DNA from: a virus
Lineage: Duplodnaviria > Caudoviricetes
Virus record (IMG/VR): IMGVR_UViG_3300009678_000118
Span: 1 to 30,753 of that record
DNA length: 30,753 bases
Reading direction: 5' to 3' (one strand)
Shown piece by piece: positions 14,720 to 23,613 of the stretch. Positions within the stretch are counted from its first letter, which is position 1. Each line of letters starts with the position of its first letter. The notes below the pieces were generated by a model. It was not told the DNA's origin. It was given only the letters and a program-made list of their open reading frames with translations, and did no database searches. The translations under genes were made by a program, and so were the position numbers.

Positions 14720-16293
14720 GCGAAGCCGAGCGTCCCACGCTGCGAGTCGTTGTTGAGCACCTGGCGCAGTACCCGCGCGAGCTCCATCTCGGTGCCGACG
14801 ATCAGTCCCTGAACGGTAACGTTGTAGGTGTTGCCGAATGCGCCGCCCTTGTGCGTCGGGAGGATCGTCTCGCCTGCGTGTGCCTTGACGAGTACGGGCA
14901 TCCCGCGTGGTCCGGGGATCACCCCGCCCGAGTCGAAGCCTTCGCCTTCACCGAACATGTCCGGGTTGCCGGATGCCTTAAATGTTGGCGTGTCGAAGGA
15001 ACGCGGCTGCTCTGTCATCCCGAGGTTCTTCACCTTGCCGATGATGTCGAACAGCCAGCCGCCGACCTTCTCGAGCAAGCCGATAACCGGCCCAAAGGCT
15101 TTCGCGAACACGTCGAAGAGGCCGGACAGCGCGCTCGCGATCTCGTCCTTGAACTTCCAAATGACGGCGAGCGGGCCGAGCGGCGTGAACAGGAAGGCGA
15201 CCTTCGCGATCGCCTGGAGCATGTCGTTGGCAAAGATGCCCGCGACGAAGTCCTTGACGCGTCCGAACGCGGTCATGACCCATTCGGCCATGTCGCCGGC
15301 ACGGTCCTTGATGGTGTCCCAGTTCCTGTAGACGAGGACGCCGATCGCGATCACGGCGGCGAACGCGGCCACGACCGCGAGCAGCGGACCCGCTGCCACT
15401 GCGCCGACGACTGCACCGACTGCGGTGATAGCTGGGATCAGCGGTGCCACGACTGCGAGCACGCCCGCGATCGCCACGCCCACCGCGAGCACTGGTGCCG
15501 GCACCTTCGCGACCGCTTCAAAGAACTTGATGGCGACCGGCGCCAGCTTCGTGAGCACGGGGAGTAGTGCGCTCCCCATCTGCTCCTTGAGCTCGCCCAT
15601 CTGGATCTTGGCGACCTCGAACTGCCCGGCCGTGCTCTCTGCGAATACCTTGGACTGACCGCCGAACTTCGCCTGCACGGCCGCGAGCGCGTCCGCTTCG
15701 GTCGCGTTCTCACCGAGCACGATGCCGAGTTTCTTGAAGACCTCGATGTTCTCCTCGTTGAGCTTGCCGAGCATCTTCGTGGCCGTGGCGAGCGGGATCC
15801 CCGCGCCGCGGGCGAGGTCGAAGGCCGCGGCCTGGCGCTTCGTCGCCTCGCCGTAGTCGCCGGTCGCGGCGAGCAGCGCCTGTAGCGAGTCGCGGACCTC
15901 GTCGTCGGTGAACGCGAGCTTCTGGCCGGCCTTGATGCGCTCCTCGACATCGCCCATCAGTTCGCGGGTGACGCCCAACACGTCATCGTCGATCGTCGCC
16001 GCGTAGTTCTTCAGCGACTGTTCGAGTCGCATGGTCGCGGCTTCGTCGTCTGCTGCGGCCTGCGCCGCGCCAGTGAGCAGCCCTGGTAGCTGCGTGAGCG
16101 CCGCACCGATAACGAACCCACCGGCGATCTTGCCGACTGACCCGAGCGAGGAACCGAGCCCGCCGGTCTTCTTAGTCGACTGCTCGGCCTTGTCACCAAC
16201 GCCGTCGATGTCGGCCTGGACCTGCTTCAGCACGGCGCTCGCCTCGTTCACGGCGCGCACCGCGAAGGCGAGCTGCTGCTGGCTAGTGGCCAC
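14716..16293 (-). CDS. tape measure protein
   Basis: 525 aa, Ala/Gly-rich helical; VLVYRNWDTIK; C-terminal FDSGGVIPGPRGMPVLVKAHAGETIL. Confidence 0.92.
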   Translation of the reverse strand: MATSQQQLAFAVRAVNEASAVLKQVQADIDGVGDKAEQSTKKTGGLGSSLGSVGKIAGGFVIGAALTQLPGLLTGAAQAAADDEAATMRLEQSLKNYAATIDDDVLGVTRELMGDVEERIKAGQKLAFTDDEVRDSLQALLAATGDYGEATKRQAAAFDLARGAGIPLATATKMLGKLNEENIEVFKKLGIVLGENATEADALAAVQAKFGGQSKVFAESTAGQFEVAKIQMGELKEQMGSALLPVLTKLAPVAIKFFEAVAKVPAPVLAVGVAIAGVLAVVAPLIPAITAVGAVVGAVAAGPLLAVVAAFAAVIAIGVLVYRNWDTIKDRAGDMAEWVMTAFGRVKDFVAGIFANDMLQAIAKVAFLFTPLGPLAVIWKFKDEIASALSGLFDVFAKAFGPVIGLLEKVGGWLFDIIGKVKNLGMTEQPRSFDTPTFKASGNPDMFGEGEGFDSGGVIPGPRGMPVLVKAHAGETILPTHKGGAFGNTYNVTVQGLIVGTEMELARVLRQVLNNDSQRGTLGFA

Positions 16294-16513
16294 GTACGTT
16301 CGCCTGCAGTTCGGCTTCGAGGGCGCTCACGTTCTGGGCGTCGACGGCGCCTTCCATCGCGATCAGGACGTCGTCATACGCGCGCGCGTCCTCGATCAGC
16401 GCGAGATAGCCGGCGTAGCCGCCGACCCGGTCCATCACTGCGACCCAACCGAGCTCGCGAGGGTAGGCTCCTCCACCTCGGACGGTGGAGCTCCACCCTC
16501 TAACGAGTTTTTT
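16283..16513 (-). CDS. tail assembly chaperone, -1 frameshift (T) segment
   Basis: The -1 frame is open from slippery A AAA AAC (16513-16507) to TAG at 16283: KLVRGWSSTVRGGGAYPRELGWVAVMDRVGGY...ANVRGH. Confidence 0.75.
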   Translation of the reverse strand, partial: KKLVRGWSSTVRGGGAYPRELGWVAVMDRVGGYAGYLALIEDARAYDDVLIAMEGAVDAQNVSALEAELQANVRGH

Positions 16514-16851
16514 CGGTCATCATCCGTCCGTGGCTGCGGGTACAGCTCGAGGAGCCGGTCGAAGACCACCGTCTGCGCGGCGTCGTCGAGCGAGCGCACC
16601 GTCTCGGGCGTGATCGGGTCCGGGAACGACCACTGCTTCAACACGACGACGAGCGTCGCGTATGAGAGCTCGACGGCGAACAGCGCATCGCTCGTGTCGA
16701 CGTCGATGCCGAGCGTCTTCGCGCGGGCGTTCGCGCGCATGGCGACTTCGCGCTCGTCGTACTTCGAGATCGCGCGTTTTACCCGAACCCACTCGCCCTC
16801 GGTCGGCAGGTCGATCTGCACAAGGGAGCGGTCTCCCAGTTCCAGCGGCAC
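16435..16851 (-). CDS. tail assembly chaperone (G)
   Basis: GTG 16851 after GAGGGGG; between major tail and TMP; LKQWSFPDPITPETVRSLD. Confidence 0.8.
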   Translation of the reverse strand: MPLELGDRSLVQIDLPTEGEWVRVKRAISKYDEREVAMRANARAKTLGIDVDTSDALFAVELSYATLVVVLKQWSFPDPITPETVRSLDDAAQTVVFDRLLELYPQPRTDDDRKNSLEGGAPPSEVEEPTLASSVGSQ

Positions 16852-16874
16852 AAATGTTCCCCCTCTTGCGTGCC

Positions 16875-17888
16875 TTAGATGGCTGCTAACTCGTTGATCG
16901 CCGTGAACTCCAGCGTCTTCGTGCCGGTGGCGTCGTAATACGACTCGAGCTCGCAGGCAACGAGCATCTGCTCGCCGTCGCGCTGCATCGCCGGCGGGCC
17001 CGTGAAGCGATAGGCGCCGTCGATCTGAAACGTGTGATTGCCGCCGCCGGAGATCGCGGAGCCGGTGTTCTTGAGCCGGATGAACAGGCCTGGCGTGTTC
17101 GCGCGGTACTCGGTGAAACGAGCCGCGCCGACGGCGTCGAGCTCGAGCAGCAACGTCAGGCGCGCAGTGATCAGCCCCACCTTGTGCTGGACGAGGTCGA
17201 GATCCGAGCGCCCGTCGAGTGTGTAGTCCGGCTCGTACCCTGTCTTGCATTCAAAACGCACATTGCGGATCACGCCCGTGAGCTGCGTGCTTCCGAGGCT
17301 GCTCCATGCCGTGTCGAGATAGACGAAGAGCAGGTTGCTCACCAGCACGTCGCGCGTGGCGTACTCGGTCAGGGCGCCGGTCGGCGTGCTCGTCTGTGAC
17401 GCGCGACCGAACATCTGCCAGTTCATGCGGGCTTCTTCGTTGAAGGCCCATTCGAAGCCGAACGCGGAGGTCATGGCGTAGCCAGCCTCGCGCGCAAAGT
17501 GGTTGGTCGAACCGTCTGCGCGGATGCACTCGACCGTTGCCGCAGCGATCGTCGGGATGCCTGTCGTCAGCGCCGGCGTCGCGACCCAGGTCTTCGCGTT
17601 GCCGCCGCCAGATGGGGAGATCCCGCCCAGGACGCCTGTGTGTAATGGCCACAGCACCTCGGAGGGGTTCAACTCCGTTGCGATGTTGATGCGGACGCCC
17701 TTGCTGGTAATGACGCCAAGCCCGCCCGCGTTGGAGCGCACACCCTGCGGGTACTGCGAGCGATAGAAACCCTGCTCCTCGACCCACTCGCCGTCGCAGC
17801 GGATCACGTCCGTTGCGGCGACCAGCGTGCCCTTGGTGGACTCGATGCCCATCTGCACCTTGTTCAGCGGATAGATGCTCGTCGCCAT
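16875..17888 (-). CDS. major tail (tube) protein
   Basis: 337 aa; N-terminal VQMGIESTKGTLVAAT; position after the terminator gene. Confidence 0.82.
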   Translation of the reverse strand: MATSIYPLNKVQMGIESTKGTLVAATDVIRCDGEWVEEQGFYRSQYPQGVRSNAGGLGVITSKGVRINIATELNPSEVLWPLHTGVLGGISPSGGGNAKTWVATPALTTGIPTIAAATVECIRADGSTNHFAREAGYAMTSAFGFEWAFNEEARMNWQMFGRASQTSTPTGALTEYATRDVLVSNLLFVYLDTAWSSLGSTQLTGVIRNVRFECKTGYEPDYTLDGRSDLDLVQHKVGLITARLTLLLELDAVGAARFTEYRANTPGLFIRLKNTGSAISGGGNHTFQIDGAYRFTGPPAMQRDGEQMLVACELESYYDATGTKTLEFTAINELAAI

Positions 17889-17892
17889 CGCT

Positions 17893-18078
17893 TTACGCTC
17901 CGTCCGCGGTCTTGTTCGGCTTTGCTGGTTTCGCGACCTCGTAGTTGCCGCTCGCGACCTTCGCGGCTGCGATGGTCGCGTCCGCTTCTTCGTGCTCGTA
18001 GGCCGGCCAGCCCTCGGGCAGCGGGAGCGCGCCAGTGAGCGCGCTTGGATCGGGGCCGATGTAGTTCAGCAGTGCCAT
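17893..18078 (-). CDS. hypothetical protein (61 aa)
   Basis: MALLNYIGPDP... with GGGAG SD; lies between the terminator and major tail genes. Confidence 0.6.
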   Translation of the reverse strand: MALLNYIGPDPSALTGALPLPEGWPAYEHEEADATIAAAKVASGNYEVAKPAKPNKTADGA

Positions 18079-18080
18079 GA

Positions 18081-18536
18081 CTAGCTCCCTATCGCCGGCG
18101 TCGCCGACGCCTGCTCGCTCAAGCGCAGCGCGATCTCGCCGCCGATGTAGTCGATCTCGTTGTATTCGAGGTTTGACGTGCCGGACTGGCGCGCGACGAC
18201 GCACGAATTGACGCGGCCGCCGAGCGTGACGTTGCCGACGAACTTCTCGATGATCGCGTCGGGAATGGCGACGCCCTGGTACGCGCTCTCGCCGGTGTCG
18301 GAGCCCTGACGCAGGTAGTAGACGAGCCGCACCTCGTAGGTGTGGCGGTGCCCGCCCGTGGTGAGGATGTAGTCGAGCGTGGTGCCCTGCAGCACGACGA
18401 CGCAGGGAAACTCGTTGAGCACGTCGGGGAGCTTGTCAGCGTCGTTCTCGGACGGCGCGAAGACGCGCTCGAGCGCGCTGATCTCGTCGAGCAGGTCGCG
18501 GATGCGACCGATCGCTGTGGCCTGCGAGATAGCCAT
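18081..18536 (-). CDS. tail terminator / tail completion protein
   Basis: 151 aa from ATG 18536; FPCVVV...NVTLGGRVNSC; synteny. Confidence 0.7.
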   Translation of the reverse strand: MAISQATAIGRIRDLLDEISALERVFAPSENDADKLPDVLNEFPCVVVLQGTTLDYILTTGGHRHTYEVRLVYYLRQGSDTGESAYQGVAIPDAIIEKFVGNVTLGGRVNSCVVARQSGTSNLEYNEIDYIGGEIALRLSEQASATPAIGS

Positions 18537-18967
18537 CAGCCGAGCCGGTCCCACTCGCGCGAGACGGCGTCCGCGATGCGCTCCTTGACCTTCGCCTCGA
18601 CGGCGCCGATGGCTTGCCCACCCCTGACAATGCCGACGAAGGGGCGCGCGGCTTGCCCTGGGGTGTGGCGCACCTTGCGACCCTGGCGTGTCCAGTTCTT
18701 GCGGCCAAACTCCATCGACTTGGCGCCTGGGTGCTTCACGAGCACGGTGGCCCGTAGGCCGTGCGCCTTGCCCTTCACGCCGGCGAACTGTGTTTTGGCA
18801 CCCATCGAGCCCGGGGCTCGCGCTGAGACGGCGTGCGTGAGGTCACGGCCAGCGTCAGCGAGCGCCTCCCGCAGGTACGGCGCGTCTTCCTCTGCGAGCA
18901 CGCGCAGCGCCTTCTGGAGCTTCGCCGCGTCGGTGACCTCGATGGAGATGGCGGCTTGCCTACCCAT
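18536..18967 (-). CDS. neck protein (HK97 gp10-like)
   Basis: 143 aa from ATG 18967; AKSMEFG...ARPFV motifs. Confidence 0.7.
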   Translation of the reverse strand: MGRQAAISIEVTDAAKLQKALRVLAEEDAPYLREALADAGRDLTHAVSARAPGSMGAKTQFAGVKGKAHGLRATVLVKHPGAKSMEFGRKNWTRQGRKVRHTPGQAARPFVGIVRGGQAIGAVEAKVKERIADAVSREWDRLG

Positions 18968-19806
18968 CAGGCGATCACCCGAATGCGGTAGGGGTCGATC
19001 GCGTCGCGATACGCCGGGTACATGGCGCGGAACGAGAAGCCGGCGAGCTCGTTGTTGCCCACTGAGCCGCCGTAGCCGGTCTGGATCTCGCGGAAGAAGC
19101 GCGCGGCTTGCAGCACGCACGCGAGCTCGATCTCACGCGGGAAGCGCCGGCGCGCGACGGCTGTGCTGGTGGTGTGCGCCGCGGCGGTGCTGCCGTTGAC
19201 GCCGCGCGTGACGGTCGCGGTGTTCGTCGACGCCATCGCCGTCACGTCGATGTGCTCGGAGTCGACGATGATCGTGTCACCGACGCCGACGTCGTGGCCT
19301 GCGGTCAGGTCGACACCCGTCTCGGATGAGTCGAGCTCCTCGGCGATCGTGCCGGCGGCGGCCGTCTCTTCCGAGAATCCGCGCTTGCCGATGAGCTGCA
19401 CGCTGCGCGGCGCGCTCGGCCAGTACCTCAGCATTGCGCTGTCCGGGTTCACGTCGAGCCGCTGAATGGGCTCGTGCGTCTGATTGTTGTACGGATACGT
19501 CCAGTAGTCTGTGTTCGCGGTGAGCGTGGTCTCGTAGGTGCCATCGCCGTCGTCGTCCGTCTTCAGTGTCGTGATGCTGATGACGTCCTGGTCGAGCCAG
19601 AGCTGGTACTGCTTGATGTGCGCCGGGCGCTCGCTCGTCGGGTAGAGCAGCGTCTGCGCGAGCAGGCTGTAGAAGTGGCGGTTGCAGTGCTCGTCGATGG
19701 CGCGCGCGGAGCGCTCGAGCACGCGCAGGAGCACGGCATCGGACGTCGTGGTCGTGATCCCTAGTTCGGCCTTTAGCTCCGAGAGCCGTCCGTACGTGTT
19801 CGGCAT
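18967..19806 (-). CDS. head-tail adaptor/connector (gp6/gp15-like) with inserted beta domain
   Basis: YGRLSELKAELGI...ARAIDEHCNRHF...FPREIELACVLQAARFF. Confidence 0.82.
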   Translation of the reverse strand: MPNTYGRLSELKAELGITTTTSDAVLLRVLERSARAIDEHCNRHFYSLLAQTLLYPTSERPAHIKQYQLWLDQDVISITTLKTDDDGDGTYETTLTANTDYWTYPYNNQTHEPIQRLDVNPDSAMLRYWPSAPRSVQLIGKRGFSEETAAAGTIAEELDSSETGVDLTAGHDVGVGDTIIVDSEHIDVTAMASTNTATVTRGVNGSTAAAHTTSTAVARRRFPREIELACVLQAARFFREIQTGYGGSVGNNELAGFSFRAMYPAYRDAIDPYRIRVIA

Positions 19807-19815
19807 GGCACCCCG

Positions 19816-20187
19816 TTAGCCCCGCGGGGCGCTGTTCCGCCCACGCGAACGCGGGTATGTCACTGCTTGCTTCGGTGGCTCGTCGGCCTGCTCGATCTCC
19901 GGGGCCGGCTCGCCTTCGTCCGACGTCAGCGTCGCGGTTTCGCCGAGCGGAACCTCGATGCCCTCGCGCGGCTCGTCGGTGGCTTCGCCAATCAGTGCTG
20001 CGTCGGGCGCGGAGTCCGCGGCGGTGGAACTGCCCTCCGCGCCCGACTGCTCTTCCGCGGGCCCGCCTGTCTCGCGTTCGACCGTGTAGCCCTGCTTCTC
20101 CCAGGCGGCGCGGTCCTCGGAGCGCACCCAGACGGTGCGCTCCTCGCCCGGCGCCTTCATGACGAAGCCTGGTGCTTCTGCCATCAC
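19816..20187 (-). CDS. hypothetical acidic protein
   Basis: 123 aa with good SD; lies between capsid and connector genes. Confidence 0.65.
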   Translation of the reverse strand: MMAEAPGFVMKAPGEERTVWVRSEDRAAWEKQGYTVERETGGPAEEQSGAEGSSTAADSAPDAALIGEATDEPREGIEVPLGETATLTSDEGEPAPEIEQADEPPKQAVTYPRSRGRNSAPRG

Positions 20188-20233
20188 GCGTTCCCCCCTA
20201 CCCGTCTGTCACCGCCAGCGGCGCGCGCGGCGG

Positions 20234-20878
20234 CTACTCGGGCGTAACCGACTCCCAGTACCAGGCCGCGCCTGATGTGAACGTGTCTGCGACATAGCCG
20301 GAGACGACGTGCAGGCAGAGCGACGACAGGTATGGGACGAGCAGGCGGCCTTCGACCAGGGCCTCCAGCGTGCCGGCAGGCACAACCGAGCCAGCCGATT
20401 CCCTCATCCTCGTACTGCCATACGGGAACCAGCCGTTGTCCACGACGGTCGTGGAGGCAGCGGTGAGCACGGTCTTGGTCTGTGATGGCTTGCCTGACAG
20501 CGACCGGATCGCCAGCGCAGCATCGGTAGGTGCCGCTTTGGGCAGCGTGACCATCGCGTAAATGCTTGCGCCGCCGCCGAGGCCGGTGGTAGAGCTGACC
20601 AGGTTGTGAGAGAATAGCCGGTCAATGATCATTACCTTGCCGGGCGTGTTGTTGAAGATTTCAAGCGCCGCCGTGGTGTCTGGCCGTACCACCAGCGCCG
20701 CAACCGCGGCGGTCGCCATCGTGGCGTAGCCGTTGCCACGCCGTGCCATCTCCGTGTAGCGCGGGAACGAGCCGCCGCTGACGAGCAGGTCGTGCGCCTC
20801 GTTCGCCTCCAACAGCGTCGGTGTGTTGCGCGCTGCGCCTGAGCGGATGAGCGCCTGGAGTGATGCTGCCAAGCTCAT
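20234..20878 (-). CDS. hypothetical (probable virion) protein
   Basis: 214 aa, beta-rich, GGAGG SD; in the head module. Confidence 0.7.
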   Translation of the reverse strand: MSLAASLQALIRSGAARNTPTLLEANEAHDLLVSGGSFPRYTEMARRGNGYATMATAAVAALVVRPDTTAALEIFNNTPGKVMIIDRLFSHNLVSSTTGLGGGASIYAMVTLPKAAPTDAALAIRSLSGKPSQTKTVLTAASTTVVDNGWFPYGSTRMRESAGSVVPAGTLEALVEGRLLVPYLSSLCLHVVSGYVADTFTSGAAWYWESVTPE

Positions 20879-20890
20879 CGTGAGCCTCCC

Positions 20891-21085
20891 TTATTCGTCA
20901 TCGTCGAAGTCCTCGCCGATGAGCGCTGCTAACATTCGTGACTGCTTTCGCAGCTCTGTGAGCACCTGAGTGAGCAACGCCGGGACATCCCCGACGACTT
21001 GCACGTCTTCAACGAGGGCCGACCCGCGCTCGCGCAGCGTGCGGACATGCGTGCCGTCGCCTACAGCCTGATGCAGATCGGACAT
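20891..21085 (-). CDS. hypothetical protein (64 aa)
   Basis: Fills the gap in the operon; LLTQVLTELRKQSRML helix. Confidence 0.6.
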   Translation of the reverse strand: MSDLHQAVGDGTHVRTLRERGSALVEDVQVVGDVPALLTQVLTELRKQSRMLAALIGEDFDDDE

Positions 21086-21088
21086 CTG

Positions 21089-22225
21089 CTACCGCCTCAC
21101 AAACACGTCGACGATGAGCGCGTCGGTCAACGCGTCGCCTTGCGCGACGGCGACAGTGAGTCCGCCGTGCTCGACATATGGCTCGGGCGTGACGTTGCCG
21201 GAGAGCGCGGAGTCCGCGATCGAGACGCCGTAGATGCGCGGCGCGACGTAGGCCGCCGCGGCGCTGTCGGCGCGTGCCCAAACACTGTGGCCACCCGCTG
21301 CGGACGAGATCGTGATGTCGGCGGTGGCCGGCAGTGAGGCGTGTGGCACGACCTGCAGGCCAAGGATCTCGCCCTCGACCGCGACCGTGGTCGAGCCGGA
21401 GGCGGACCCCGCCGAGCCCGTGGTGGTCACCGCGATACGGACGGCCTCGAGCGGCGCCCAGAAGATGGTGACCACAACGGCGCCGGTGAGCGCGTCGCCC
21501 TGCGCGAGTGCGACGTTGATCTTGTCGGCGACGCAGTAGTGCTGCGGTGTGACGTCGCTCGAGAGCGCGCTGTTCGCCGCGTCCACGCCGAAGATCACCG
21601 GAGCCGAGAATGCGTCGGTTGTGGTGTTCGACTTGGCGTAGATGTTGACCGAGCCGGTCTTCGTCTTGATGGTGATGTCGGCCGTGTTCGGCGTGCTCGC
21701 GTGGTAGTTGATGAGCAGGCCGAGGATCTCGCCGACGATGCGCGAAGAGTCCGAGTTGCCAGATGCCGAACCGGCGCTGCCCGTGGTCGTGACGGTCACC
21801 TGCTCGGCCAGCAGCGGCCGGTAGAGCACCGTCACGACGACGCAGTTGGTGAGCGCGTCGGACTGCGCGACCGAGACCTTCACGCCCTCGTTGATGCAGC
21901 GGCGCTGCGGCGTCACGTCCCCCGTGAGCGCAGTAGCGGCCGCGTCGAGGCCGTAAGCGCTAGGGCACTTGTAGACGTCGGTGACCGCGTTGGACTTCGC
22001 GTACAGGTCGATGCCCGAGCTCGCGCCCTCGATGGTGATGTCAGACGTGCCGCCAGGGGCTGAGGCGTGCCAGTTGACGAGCACCGCGACGACCTGGCCG
22101 CAGATGATGTCCGAGGTGGTGTCGCCGCTCGCTGACCCCGCGCTCCCCGTGGTGGTCACGGCGATGCGCACGGCGCGCAACTTCGGCACGCGTGACGGGC
22201 TCATCCTGGTCGCTGTCATCACCAT
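21089..22225 (-). CDS. putative capsid decoration/spike-base protein with three tandem domains
   Basis: Three ~122-aa repeats, each starting near VTTTGSAGSASG and ending near VAQ(S/G)DALT; immediately after the capsid gene. Confidence 0.7.
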   Translation of the reverse strand: MVMTATRMSPSRVPKLRAVRIAVTTTGSAGSASGDTTSDIICGQVVAVLVNWHASAPGGTSDITIEGASSGIDLYAKSNAVTDVYKCPSAYGLDAAATALTGDVTPQRRCINEGVKVSVAQSDALTNCVVVTVLYRPLLAEQVTVTTTGSAGSASGNSDSSRIVGEILGLLINYHASTPNTADITIKTKTGSVNIYAKSNTTTDAFSAPVIFGVDAANSALSSDVTPQHYCVADKINVALAQGDALTGAVVVTIFWAPLEAVRIAVTTTGSAGSASGSTTVAVEGEILGLQVVPHASLPATADITISSAAGGHSVWARADSAAAAYVAPRIYGVSIADSALSGNVTPEPYVEHGGLTVAVAQGDALTDALIVDVFVRR

Positions 22226-22267
22226 CGTCGTGCTCCTCTAGCCGCCCTCGGCTTGCTAGGTCGCTAC

Positions 22268-23602
22268 TTAGAAGCTCGTGACCGTGCAGAACCCGCCCGC
22301 GCGGGTGACCGCGAAGGCGATGCGGATGGCCGCGAGCAGGGACACGCGCCGCTTGGTGAAGTCGTTGCCGTCGAGGCCGCTCGTGACCGAGAGCCCCTCG
22401 CGGAGCCACATGGTGGACGAGCCGCCGAAGTCGCCGACGGTGATGGTGCCCTCAGTCGCGACGGTGGAGGCGATGACCGGGATGCCCCAGACCTGGCGCG
22501 CGCCGTCGATGTTCGCGGGCCCGAGCAGGTACTGGCCGTTCAGGTCCTTCTCGAGCCGGATCTTCTGCCAGTCGTTCGGGTGCATGATCACGTAGTCGGC
22601 ATCCGCGAGGACGCCGGCCGCGACACGCACGGTCGTGATCGCGCGGTGCACCGCGTCGAGACGGGTGTACGCGCCGAGCGCGAAGGTCCCGATGCCTGAC
22701 GCAACGGTGACGCCCGTCAGGTCGACGCCGGTGCCGCCGCCCGCGTAGAGCTGCGTGTCGAGGCGGTTGAGCGTGTCCATCGCGAGGCGGCCCTCGACGA
22801 TGGTGCGCAGCTGGCCGGCGTCGGCCATTGCGCGCAGTGTGATCGGCACGAAGTGCGTGATCTCGCGCACGTTCGTGGTGTTGGTCGCGTAGGCGTAGGT
22901 CGACTCTGCGGCCGCGGAATCTTCTGCGGTCTCCGCGGCCCCTGAGGTCGGCGCGGACTCGGTGACGTACTCGACGACGTCGGAGTCGGTCGTGCCCTGG
23001 CCGACGATCGCGGCGAGGGTCGGCTGCTTGCGCGCGTACGCGACGAAGCCGGGGATCAGGTCGTTCTGGATGAACGGGCCCGCGCTGGTCGCGCCGCCAC
23101 CGGTGATGGTGGTCGCGCCGTAGCGCTGCAGCTGCAGCAGCGCCTCCATCTCGTCACGACTGAACAGCTCGATCGGGCGGTCGAAGCCGCGGCCAACCTG
23201 GGCAGCGAACGCGGCCTCCGAGGAGAACGCGCCAGAGCGGCGCATCGCGTCGTACTGCTCGCTCTTGGTGATGCGGTCGCCGAGGCGGCGATGGCGCTGC
23301 TCGTCCATCCGGCCGCGGTCGCCGGGTGGCAGGCTGAACGGCTGCGCGTTCGAGTCCCACTGCGAGAGCTGCACGAGCTTCGCGGACATCTCGGCCGCGT
23401 CGCTCTTGTGCTGGTCGTATTCCTTGCCCAGCGCGTCGAGCTCGTTGAATGTGTCCTCGTGCTCCTTCAGGAGCAGGTTCACCCCGGCCGCTGCCACTTC
23501 CTTGCGCCGCGCGTCGAGCTTCGCCCACGCTTCGGCGGCCTTGCGCTCGGTCGCGCGCAGTTCCTCGCGCACCTTCTCCGAGGTCAACATCTCAGTCGCC
23601 AT
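22268..23602 (-). CDS. major capsid protein, HK97 fold, with N-terminal delta/scaffold domain
   Basis: VIMHPNDWQKIRLEKDLNGQYL...VWGIPVI...VGDF...DFTKRRVSLLAAIR; coiled-coil N-terminus. Confidence 0.95.
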   Translation of the reverse strand: MATEMLTSEKVREELRATERKAAEAWAKLDARRKEVAAAGVNLLLKEHEDTFNELDALGKEYDQHKSDAAEMSAKLVQLSQWDSNAQPFSLPPGDRGRMDEQRHRRLGDRITKSEQYDAMRRSGAFSSEAAFAAQVGRGFDRPIELFSRDEMEALLQLQRYGATTITGGGATSAGPFIQNDLIPGFVAYARKQPTLAAIVGQGTTDSDVVEYVTESAPTSGAAETAEDSAAAESTYAYATNTTNVREITHFVPITLRAMADAGQLRTIVEGRLAMDTLNRLDTQLYAGGGTGVDLTGVTVASGIGTFALGAYTRLDAVHRAITTVRVAAGVLADADYVIMHPNDWQKIRLEKDLNGQYLLGPANIDGARQVWGIPVIASTVATEGTITVGDFGGSSTMWLREGLSVTSGLDGNDFTKRRVSLLAAIRIAFAVTRAGGFCTVTSF

Positions 23603-23613
23603 CAGTGGCCTCC

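Noticed and set aside
21089-22225. Repeats as CRISPR array or DGR template/variable repeats
   Set aside because: They are in-frame protein domain repeats without adenine-specific differences that I could see; no cas or reverse transcriptase gene is in the window.
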